Positions 1-7,492 of a DNA stretch of 64,000 nt are shown here, piece by piece. The translations under genes and the position numbers were made by a program. The notes under the pieces are model-generated. The model searched no databases. It was given only the letters and a program-made list of their open reading frames with translations, and was not told the DNA's origin. The stretch's first letter is position 1; every line of letters begins with the position of its first letter. The stretch is taken from the NCBI GenBank assembly GCA_050943575.1, contig JBMNPL010000002.1, forward strand, positions 8,073 through 72,072, read 5' to 3'. The DNA comes from Alphaproteobacteria bacterium (lineage in GTDB: Bacteria; Pseudomonadota; Alphaproteobacteria; Rs-D84).

Positions 1-112
1 GATGCAAAACATCACTATAATCATAGCTATACCAATTTTGAAAAGTTTTTCGTCATCTCTCATATTAAATATAATTATATCACAAAATTTTTGTTGTTTC
101 TATCTAGGATAC

Positions 113-457
113 TTAATAATTATTAATCGCTTTTATAATACTTTCTATACCATTTAATCTTGATGCGCCAAACTTCAAATTCAAGGAATCAAATTCTGCT
201 TTAATATTTTTAATTTTATCATTAGCTATTGAAAGAATAATAAATAAAATACCACGCACCAACGCAGAATCAGCCATACCAAAAAAATTATCATTAACTT
301 TGCAAATTTGAACACGTGAAACACAACCTAAAACCTCTGTATATGCACATCCGTCAGGTATTGGGGATAATAATTTACCAAAATCCATAACCAATTCTAA
401 TTTTTGAACAGGGTCATCAATTTGTAATAATAAAGATTTTATTTCTTGATAATTCAA
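113..457 (-). CDS. sufE: SufE-like sulfur acceptor protein (Fe-S cluster assembly)
   Basis: 114 aa. Conserved Cys-containing motif (LGCVSRVQ) typical of the SufE family. Lies directly downstream of sufS and sufT on the same strand. Confidence 0.55.
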   Translation of the reverse strand: MNYQEIKSLLLQIDDPVQKLELVMDFGKLLSPIPDGCAYTEVLGCVSRVQICKVNDNFFGMADSALVRGILFIILSIANDKIKNIKAEFDSLNLKFGASRLNGIESIIKAINNY

Positions 458-464
458 CTTAATT

Positions 465-776
465 TTACCAACCCATTTCTGTTAAATCTAATTCTATACG
501 TGCAGATTCAGACATTCTTGATAAATCCCATGGTGGATTCCAAACTAATTCAACATCAACATCAGACACATTTTCAACCTTGCTTACAGCATCTTTTGCC
601 ATTTGTATTATTTGTTCCACCATCGGACAAGTTGGTGAAGTCATAGTCATTGTTAATTTAACTGTACTATTATCAATTTTAATATCATATATTAATCCCA
701 AATCCCATATATTTACCGGAATTTCTGGATCAAAAACTTGCTTTAATGCTGTAATAATATTTTCTTTATCAATCAA
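465..776 (-). CDS. sufT: SufT/DUF59 (MIP18 family) Fe-S assembly protein
   Basis: 103 aa with the DUF59-like pattern (VFDPEIPVNIWDLGLIY ... TSPTCP). Its end overlaps the sufS ORF boundary by 4 nt (773-776). Confidence 0.5.
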   Translation of the reverse strand: MIDKENIITALKQVFDPEIPVNIWDLGLIYDIKIDNSTVKLTMTMTSPTCPMVEQIIQMAKDAVSKVENVSDVDVELVWNPPWDLSRMSESARIELDLTEMGW

Positions 777-1804
777 TTTATTACTTTTTTTATTATATCT
801 ATAACTTGTTGAATTTCAGATATTGTATTCCAAGGGCCTACGGAAATTCTAATTGTTGATTCTAGACCTAAACGTTCATGCAACCAAGAGGCACACATAT
901 TTCCAACCCGTAAACATATACCATATGCACTCATAAAAGCACCAAAATCCAGCGCATGCATATCATCTATTATAAATGTCACAACTGCCGCATTTGGTGG
1001 GGATACAAATTTAATCCGTGAAATTTTTGATAATTCATTTCTTAAAAATTTTATTTTTTCTGATGTTTTTTCTCTGTTATCAATCGTTTCTTTTATAGCG
1101 GCTGGTAATCCCGCAATTTGAGTTAAAGGAAGTGTGCCGGCTTCAAATATTGCGGGGCCATTTGCCATAAATTGTCCACCGCCAAATTTATCTGTTTTCC
1201 ATTTATCTGGTTCTTTTAAATATAAAATTCCTAACCCTGTATCGGCACCAATTTTATGCCCCGAAAAAACTAAAGCATCACACCCCATTTCCATAACATT
1301 GATTTTTTTATGAACTACTAATTGAGATGCATCAACTATTACTATTTTTTTATTGTCTTTTATTATTTTTTGCGGAACACCCAAAACATTGGACATAGCA
1401 GTTAAAACAACAGCGTCACATTTTGGAATAGATTTATAATTAAGTTTATCGTCCAATGTACAAAGAGTTGTTTTATGTTTTTTTTCAAATGGTAATCTGG
1501 CTGAATGATGATCCAAATCAGAAACCGCAACTAATGAATTTACCGGCAGCATGTTTGCGATTCTATTCAAACCATCTGTTGCGCCAGATGTAAATATTAT
1601 TTGATTTGGATGTGCACCAATAAATTTTGCCACAGATTCGCGTGCTGAACTTACCATTTTATCAGTATAATTTGATCGTTCACACACACCACGGCTAGAA
1701 TTAGCATAATGATTTTGCAGAAAATCCAATTGTAAAGCTATTACTTCCTTGGATTTTAGAGCACTTGCAGCAGCATCTAAATATATAACACGTCTAGTTT
1801 TCAT
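773..1804 (-). CDS. sufS: cysteine desulfurase (class V aminotransferase, compact SufS-like)
   Basis: 343 aa. Has the PLP-lysine motif (FSGHK) and a C-terminal catalytic Cys (GNMCAS). Alignable by eye to SufS but shorter than usual. Confidence 0.7.
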   Translation of the reverse strand: MKTRRVIYLDAAASALKSKEVIALQLDFLQNHYANSSRGVCERSNYTDKMVSSARESVAKFIGAHPNQIIFTSGATDGLNRIANMLPVNSLVAVSDLDHHSARLPFEKKHKTTLCTLDDKLNYKSIPKCDAVVLTAMSNVLGVPQKIIKDNKKIVIVDASQLVVHKKINVMEMGCDALVFSGHKIGADTGLGILYLKEPDKWKTDKFGGGQFMANGPAIFEAGTLPLTQIAGLPAAIKETIDNREKTSEKIKFLRNELSKISRIKFVSPPNAAVVTFIIDDMHALDFGAFMSAYGICLRVGNMCASWLHERLGLESTIRISVGPWNTISEIQQVIDIIKKVIN

Positions 1805-1879
1805 TGATGTATTATTTTCCTTGCTTTTTTATGACATTATAATACACTTTTACGACAAATCAAATTAAGGGAGATATAA

Positions 1880-2203
1880 ATGGCAATACAACATGCGAAT
1901 GATGCAAATTTTTCAGAATTAACCGCCAAAGGATTAACTTTGGTAGATTTTTGGGCACCTTGGTGCGGACCTTGTCGTATGTTTGGACCTATTTTTGAGG
2001 CTGTTTCAGAAAAGTATACAAATATCAAATTTATAAAATTTGAAATTGATGAAACTAATCGCAGAACACCTGCTCAATACGGAATTCGCTCTATTCCGTC
2101 TGTTTTAGCATTCAAAGATGGTGAATTAATTGAAGTTCGTACAGGATCAATGGACGAGGACACAATTGAAGATTGGATAAAGCAATTATCCAGTGTTAGT
2201 TAA
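1880..2203 (+). CDS. trxA: thioredoxin
   Basis: 107 aa with the WAPWCGPC active site. RBS AAGGGAG lies 7 nt upstream of the ATG. Confidence 0.9.
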   Translation: MAIQHANDANFSELTAKGLTLVDFWAPWCGPCRMFGPIFEAVSEKYTNIKFIKFEIDETNRRTPAQYGIRSIPSVLAFKDGELIEVRTGSMDEDTIEDWIKQLSSVS

Positions 2204-2220
2204 CATAAACAGGATTAAAA

Positions 2221-2652
2221 ATGGCAAAAAACTATAAAGATATTAAACTTGAACCGAAATATGTTCCGAAAAAAAATGAAGAATATATGTCGGATAAACA
2301 AAAGGCTTATTTTTATAACCTTTTAATTTCTCAACGTGCGGAAGTTATCGCATCTATAGAAAACAGTATGTCTGAAATATCATCCAATATTAACATAGAA
2401 TCTATGGATGGTATAAATGACGAGGCAGATAGCTCATCTTCTTCACAACAAGCTGATAATCAAATGAAATTTTTAAACAGAAATAAAAATCTGTTAAAAA
2501 AAATAGATACTATGCTGGAAAAATTAGAAGACGGTACATATGGTTATAGTGTAATTTCTGGCGAGGAAATTGGTTTAAAACGTTTATTAGCCAGACCATT
2601 GGCAACAATGACATTAGAAGAAACTGAAGAGATTGAAAATAAAGAAAGATAA
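2221..2652 (+). CDS. dksA: RNA polymerase-binding transcription factor DksA, Cys-less (zinc-independent) variant
   Basis: 143 aa. C-terminal region aligns with the DksA zinc-finger region (YGY..GEEIG..RL.ARP), but all four Cys are replaced (S, S, T, E). An acidic coiled-coil tip (DxxDxA-like) is present. Confidence 0.7.
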   Translation: MAKNYKDIKLEPKYVPKKNEEYMSDKQKAYFYNLLISQRAEVIASIENSMSEISSNINIESMDGINDEADSSSSSQQADNQMKFLNRNKNLLKKIDTMLEKLEDGTYGYSVISGEEIGLKRLLARPLATMTLEETEEIENKER

Positions 2653-2656
2653 TTTT

Positions 2657-3253
2657 CTATATGCTATTTTTTATAAAAAATATTGTGCTCGGAATTAATT
2701 CTGGGCGCATTTTTTTTGTTATACGCCAAATATTTTCTATTATTTGCGGATTAAAATCTCTTGATACTATATGCAGGCTACCTTGAAAATCTGAGATATC
2801 AGAATCAATTATGCCGTAAAATTCGGCGCTTGTATCTTCGCTATTTTCTATAATTAAACCTAATCCTGTGGCACCAATTTTTTGTATATTTTGAAAAATT
2901 ATTGAATAATCACTGGGAAATACATCTTTTAAATATAATGATAAAATTAATTCCTTATTAAAAAACAAATCCGAAGATATTGGTGCTAATAATGTTACCA
3001 ACTTTTCATGTACTTCTGGTGTAGCAATTAAATGAACCCCATTTGCACCTTTTTTAAAAGCAGAATGTATCGCGGCTGTAATTTTTTGAATATCTGAATC
3101 AAATTCATCAGCTATAATACGTGCAAATATTTTTACATTGGATTTTTCCAACCATGTCCAAAGCATATTTACAGATTCCAAGTCACACAATACAGCCGAC
3201 ATATTATTGTGTACAGCAGCATCTGCTGTAAAAATAAGTGCACGAGCATCCAT
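2657..3253 (-). CDS. hypothetical protein (alpha/beta fold)
   Basis: The ORF extends to 3469, but that 5' portion overlaps the divergent gene at 3360. The first in-frame ATG with an AAGG RBS is at 3253. An in-frame GTG at 3319 is an alternative start. No family recognised. Confidence 0.35.
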   Translation of the reverse strand: MDARALIFTADAAVHNNMSAVLCDLESVNMLWTWLEKSNVKIFARIIADEFDSDIQKITAAIHSAFKKGANGVHLIATPEVHEKLVTLLAPISSDLFFNKELILSLYLKDVFPSDYSIIFQNIQKIGATGLGLIIENSEDTSAEFYGIIDSDISDFQGSLHIVSRDFNPQIIENIWRITKKMRPELIPSTIFFIKNSI

Positions 3254-3359
3254 ACCTTCAACACAATACAAAGCAATGTTGTCTTTTAATTCTTCAAAAG
3301 TTTCTTTAAAATCAATCACATTGATATGATACCATATTTTTTGATATAATATAAAGAGA

Positions 3360-4346
3360 ATGAAAAAAAGATATGAAATTATTTTACTTGATTTATTATG
3401 GCTTTCCGCGATAGTCCTGTTTGCTAGCTTTTGGTTTGATATCAAGTTTAATTTTAATATCTTTTTCAAAGACCATTGGCACTATTTAATGCTGCAACAA
3501 TTAAACCCCGGTAGTGTTTTACCATCATTTTATATATCGTTAATAATATTTATTATTGTTGGTGTATCAGGGCTTTATTTTATAAGTCGTCCGCGTACAA
3601 GAAAAATAAATTTTGCAAATTATAAAGAACAAACAAATACACAAACTTTATCCCAAGAAAATTCACAAGGTAAAATTAATCCTATTAAGCAAGATTCTGA
3701 TAACGTACCATCAATTCCAACACCACCTATTCCACAACGCCCGCCAAAAATAATTAGACCATTACAGCAAATGATAACACCAATAACACCTGTACCTTCG
3801 GCACAAACAACTAGTTTTAATATAGATACAAGTAATCAAAATGAAAAATTAAAATCCATTTTTGAATCTGCTGGATATGTTGTTAAACAACCTCCTATAA
3901 TTAATGGATTAAAAATAAATCTTTGGGCGATTGGTATGGATGAAACTTTATATATTGGCTTTGCGGATCCTCATGGTGGTGATATTGTTGCTTCTGAAGG
4001 TGGTGATTCAAAATGGCAATCTGATAAAGATTCATTTCTTAGCCCTGTTTGGAATCTAAACCAATCATTAATGAAAATACGTTCTTTGTTTAAAGAAACA
4101 CTTGATGATGAAATACAAATAAATATTGAAGCTTTTGTTGTTATGAATAATGCAAATATAACAAATCGTGATGATTGGGAAAAAGTATGGCAAGCTTTCA
4201 ATATATCTGTATTTGATTCAACAGATACACTGGCTGAATTTATGAATAATAATAAAAACCGTGAAATGGAATCTGAAGAACAAGAGGATTTTGACGCATA
4301 TTCAGATTACATTGACACAGTGTCAAGTTATTTTAATAAAACTTAA
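3360..4346 (+). CDS. membrane protein with Pro-rich linker and C-terminal NERD-like (nuclease-related) domain
   Basis: 328 aa. Two N-terminal hydrophobic helices, then a PxP-rich low-complexity linker. The C-terminal domain has a NERD-like pattern (IGxDxxxYIGFxD...W......SPxxQ). Confidence 0.4.
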   Translation: MKKRYEIILLDLLWLSAIVLFASFWFDIKFNFNIFFKDHWHYLMLQQLNPGSVLPSFYISLIIFIIVGVSGLYFISRPRTRKINFANYKEQTNTQTLSQENSQGKINPIKQDSDNVPSIPTPPIPQRPPKIIRPLQQMITPITPVPSAQTTSFNIDTSNQNEKLKSIFESAGYVVKQPPIINGLKINLWAIGMDETLYIGFADPHGGDIVASEGGDSKWQSDKDSFLSPVWNLNQSLMKIRSLFKETLDDEIQINIEAFVVMNNANITNRDDWEKVWQAFNISVFDSTDTLAEFMNNNKNREMESEEQEDFDAYSDYIDTVSSYFNKT

Positions 4347-4348
4347 AA

Positions 4349-4855
4349 ATGCAATATAATCAAACGACTGCTCTTCGACGACTTACAGATCTTTTTATGG
4401 ATGATTTACCTGTAATATCTGTTCAGGTAAAACCGCACTCAATGTCACCAGATTGGTTTATAAAATATAAAAGTTTACGTCGTGATTTTATTCGTAGTTT
4501 ATCTGACTCAATAGAAGAAATTTCTTTTTTAAATTTATCACGTGAAGAATTTATGGCATTAATTATGGGGTATGCTTTGCCAGAAAACCTATCATTACGT
4601 TTTCGTATTCCTTTACAATTTGGTGGTAAATTAGAAATAAATAATATGTTTATGTGCAAAACATTCCCACATTCACAAAATATGGATAGATTTATTATTG
4701 AACAAGCCGGTAATAAAATAATCTGGTTGCCAAATCCAGCAAAAAAAATTTATATACCAGCACATACTACTGGTGGTGGACCTGGGGGCAATGCAACTAG
4801 TGGCAGATTAGAACAAATAGCGGCACAAATAGCCGCTGATAGAGGATTAGAATGA
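4349..4855 (+). CDS. hypothetical protein, first gene of a 3-gene overlapping operon
   Basis: 168 aa with a Gly-rich C-terminus (TTGGGPGGNATSG). Its stop overlaps the next start (ATGA at 4852). Confidence 0.45.
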   Translation: MQYNQTTALRRLTDLFMDDLPVISVQVKPHSMSPDWFIKYKSLRRDFIRSLSDSIEEISFLNLSREEFMALIMGYALPENLSLRFRIPLQFGGKLEINNMFMCKTFPHSQNMDRFIIEQAGNKIIWLPNPAKKIYIPAHTTGGGPGGNATSGRLEQIAAQIAADRGLE

Positions 4856-5295
4856 CCAAAGAAGAATTTTTATCTTGGGCGAAATCTTCGGGTGCAATTA
4901 TGTTACAAACAGCGAATGATAATGAAATCGCACAAACACAAAATGCACTGCAACAAATGCAGGCTGCAATAATTCCAATAACTTTGATAGAATTTTATAA
5001 AAATACAACAGGTGGAATTTTATTAGGCGATGCACAAATTTTTGGGCTTTCTGAAATAAAACGAGATAAAACCGGAATTTATTATATCCCATCTGTTTTA
5101 CAAATAAATCGTGATTTTGCCGGGTTACCTAATATTTATGGGAAAACTATATTTGGTAGAAATGGTTTATTTTGGCTGGCATTTGATGCATTTGGAAAAT
5201 GTTTTTTATTGAATAATATAACACTCGGATCAATGCGTAAATATGACAATATTTTTAAAGCAATGATTGATTGTTTGGCTGTTGGTAAAATATGA
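4852..5295 (+). CDS. hypothetical protein
   Basis: 147 aa. Translationally coupled to the flanking genes by 4-nt overlaps on both sides. Confidence 0.45.
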   Translation: MTKEEFLSWAKSSGAIMLQTANDNEIAQTQNALQQMQAAIIPITLIEFYKNTTGGILLGDAQIFGLSEIKRDKTGIYYIPSVLQINRDFAGLPNIYGKTIFGRNGLFWLAFDAFGKCFLLNNITLGSMRKYDNIFKAMIDCLAVGKI

Positions 5296-5513
5296 AAAAA
5301 ATTTCTGTAAATATATCTGGGCATCTAACTTCACTTTCTCTGGAAGACGAGTTTTTTGACATATTAAAAAAATTATCTGCCAAGAAAAATAAATCGGTCG
5401 CACAAATAATACGTGAAATTGATGAAACACGAGAAAATAAAAATAATCTTTCTAGTGCTGTACGTATTTGGATATTAAAAGAAATTAAAAAATATTGCCC
5501 ATTTATAAATTAA
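5292..5513 (+). CDS. ribbon-helix-helix domain protein
   Basis: 73 aa. The SLSLEDEFFDILKKLSAKKNKSVAQIIREID stretch resembles the conserved alphaproteobacterial RHH small-protein family. Confidence 0.5.
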   Translation: MKKISVNISGHLTSLSLEDEFFDILKKLSAKKNKSVAQIIREIDETRENKNNLSSAVRIWILKEIKKYCPFIN

Positions 5514-5518
5514 TCAAT

Positions 5519-7492
5519 TTAATTTTTATGTTTTCTAAATATAAAAATAGAAACCGCCGAAAATATCATAATAATAAACATCATGAAATTTAAACCAATG
5601 CGGCGAAATGGTGTTTGATGGGCGCCCCAAACTTGACCATCTAGAACATCAGAAACACCAATCGGAATATTTGAAATAATACGTCCATCTGCCCCGATAA
5701 ATGCGGATATACCAGAATAATTTGCACGAACCACCGGTAGTCCTGTTTCAATGGCTTGACGACGAGTCATATCTAAATGCTGATAAGTACCCGGTGTATT
5801 ACCAAACCAAGTATCGTTCGTAAGGTTTATTATCAAATGTGGATTTTTATTATATGGTATTAATGAATCTGAAAAAATAACCTCGTAACAAATTGCTGGA
5901 ACAAAATTTAATTCTGCAAAAATAATTTCTTCTGGACCATCGCCTTTTTTCAATTGACCTGGTGTTGGGATTATATCCCCGAATGGCCGATATTCACCAA
6001 ACGGAACTAAATGAGTTTTAGAATAAATTTTTTTAATTACACCATCTTTATCTGCGACAATCATTGAATTATAAAAATTTCCTGATTGCCAACTGGTTGC
6101 ACCAATAATAACTGGTTGGTTTAAATTTTTAACAAAATCTAATTTATCTTTATCTTGTAATATTATAAACGGATACGATGTTTCTGGGAAAATAATTATA
6201 TCTGGAGCACCTTTTTTAGATGCTAAATTTACCAATTTTTTTATATTTTCTTTTGCATTTGCTATTGCTTGTTCACGTGAATGACTTGCTTTTTGTTCAC
6301 CAGTTTGTGCAGGCTGAACAATTCTAATTATTTTTGATTTATAAGTATCGTTTTCTGACTTTTTTATATTATAATTTCCATAAAACATTCCAATAATAAT
6401 TAATATAGAAAAAATAATTATTGGAATCTTTTTTTTATTTTTAATCAGTTCAACTATACTGGCAATCAAACCAATAATTATAAAAGTCAAACCAATTGCG
6501 CCCCATAAAGACATAGAATTTGAAAGTATTGGTAGCCCTAGTGAAATATTTGAAATCGGATTCCATGGAAAACCCGTAAACAACCATTCTCGTAACCATA
6601 AAACAAATGTCCAAGATACAGAAAATATAAAAGGATAAATCTCTGTGGATGCATTTAACCGCCGCATACAATGATTTGTGATAATAAATGGTAATGAAAA
6701 AATTAATGCGCCGACGATACCTATTCCTATTATTCCTGGAATTACCCAAACCTTAAATTGATTGGCTAATTCTGGTACAACAAAGATAGAATTTAATACC
6801 CACCAAAATGATGTAATTGCATAAGCCATTCCGAACAACATTGAATCTTTAATAACTTTTTTTCGTTCTGAAATTAAATAATACATCCCCCCTATTCCAA
6901 TAATTGTTAACCACCATAAATTAAATGGTGCAAATCCCAACGATGTAATTGCGCCCAATAATAATGAATAAATTGAAAATAAAATATTTTTATTTTTTGA
7001 TTTTTGTTGTTTGTATGGATTACTAATTCCTATTTTTGATAAAACTTTTATTTCTACAGATTCCATTTTTTCAGCATCTTTTTTATTTAAATGATCATAT
7101 CCCAATAAATGTAAAACACCATGAACTATTAAATGAGAAACATGTTCTATGAAATCTTTTTTTTGATATTTAGATTCATGCATTGTTGTATCAAAAGAAA
7201 TATAAATATCACCCATTAATTCAATATCACCAGTTTCAAAAGATAAAACATTTGTTGGTTTATTTATATTTCTATATTTTTTATTTAATTTTTGAATTTC
7301 AAAATCGTTAGTTAAAATAATAGATACTTCACGCTTTATTTTATCTATATTGAGATTATTTGTAGATTTTTTTATTTTATTCTTAGTAGTTTTTTGTAAG
7401 GCAGTAATTATTGCTATATTAACTATATTAGCATAATCAATTTTATATTTTTTCCATCTGGAATCATGAATATCTATAAAAGTTTTTATCAT
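5519..7492 (-). CDS. lnt: in-frame fusion of endoribonuclease YbeY (N-terminal ~165 aa) and apolipoprotein N-acyltransferase Lnt (C-terminal ~490 aa)
   Basis: 657 aa single ORF. YbeY motif HGVLHLLGYDH, complete to its normal C-terminus (...GISNPYKQQ). It is followed without a stop or in-frame ATG by the Lnt TM1 (ILFSIYSLLLGAITSLGFAPFNLWW) and the CN-hydrolase domain. Confidence 0.7.
   Translation of the reverse strand: MIKTFIDIHDSRWKKYKIDYANIVNIAIITALQKTTKNKIKKSTNNLNIDKIKREVSIILTNDFEIQKLNKKYRNINKPTNVLSFETGDIELMGDIYISFDTTMHESKYQKKDFIEHVSHLIVHGVLHLLGYDHLNKKDAEKMESVEIKVLSKIGISNPYKQQKSKNKNILFSIYSLLLGAITSLGFAPFNLWWLTIIGIGGMYYLISERKKVIKDSMLFGMAYAITSFWWVLNSIFVVPELANQFKVWVIPGIIGIGIVGALIFSLPFIITNHCMRRLNASTEIYPFIFSVSWTFVLWLREWLFTGFPWNPISNISLGLPILSNSMSLWGAIGLTFIIIGLIASIVELIKNKKKIPIIIFSILIIIGMFYGNYNIKKSENDTYKSKIIRIVQPAQTGEQKASHSREQAIANAKENIKKLVNLASKKGAPDIIIFPETSYPFIILQDKDKLDFVKNLNQPVIIGATSWQSGNFYNSMIVADKDGVIKKIYSKTHLVPFGEYRPFGDIIPTPGQLKKGDGPEEIIFAELNFVPAICYEVIFSDSLIPYNKNPHLIINLTNDTWFGNTPGTYQHLDMTRRQAIETGLPVVRANYSGISAFIGADGRIISNIPIGVSDVLDGQVWGAHQTPFRRIGLNFMMFIIMIFSAVSIFIFRKHKN

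Noticed and set aside
1-112. Partial minus-strand ORF at the window start (MRDDEKLFKIGIAMIIVMFCI...)
   Set aside because: Only ~21 codons are visible before the window edge, too short to call.
1805-1879. A sigma70 promoter for trxA in the sufS/trxA divergent region (TATAAT at 1838-1843)
   Set aside because: A good -10 hexamer exists, but no -35 element at proper spacing could be identified confidently.
2653-2720. Terminator after dksA (GC-containing segment followed by T8 at ~2681-2716)
   Set aside because: The stem is imperfect (wobble and mismatch), and the region also overlaps the 3' end of the minus-strand gene.
6450-6749. Antisense and shadow ORFs from the six-frame track inside well-supported genes (for example 6450-6749, 8731-8928, 9107-9547, 10964-11425, 24936-25270, 27768-28223, 29181-29624, 30320-30916, 32420-33191, 45748-46056, 47178-47504, 51689-52048, 54224-54667, 56373-56735)
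   Set aside because: Each is fully embedded opposite or out of frame within a gene with strong family-level evidence. They have low-complexity or biased composition typical of AT-rich shadow frames, and no RBS or conserved motifs.
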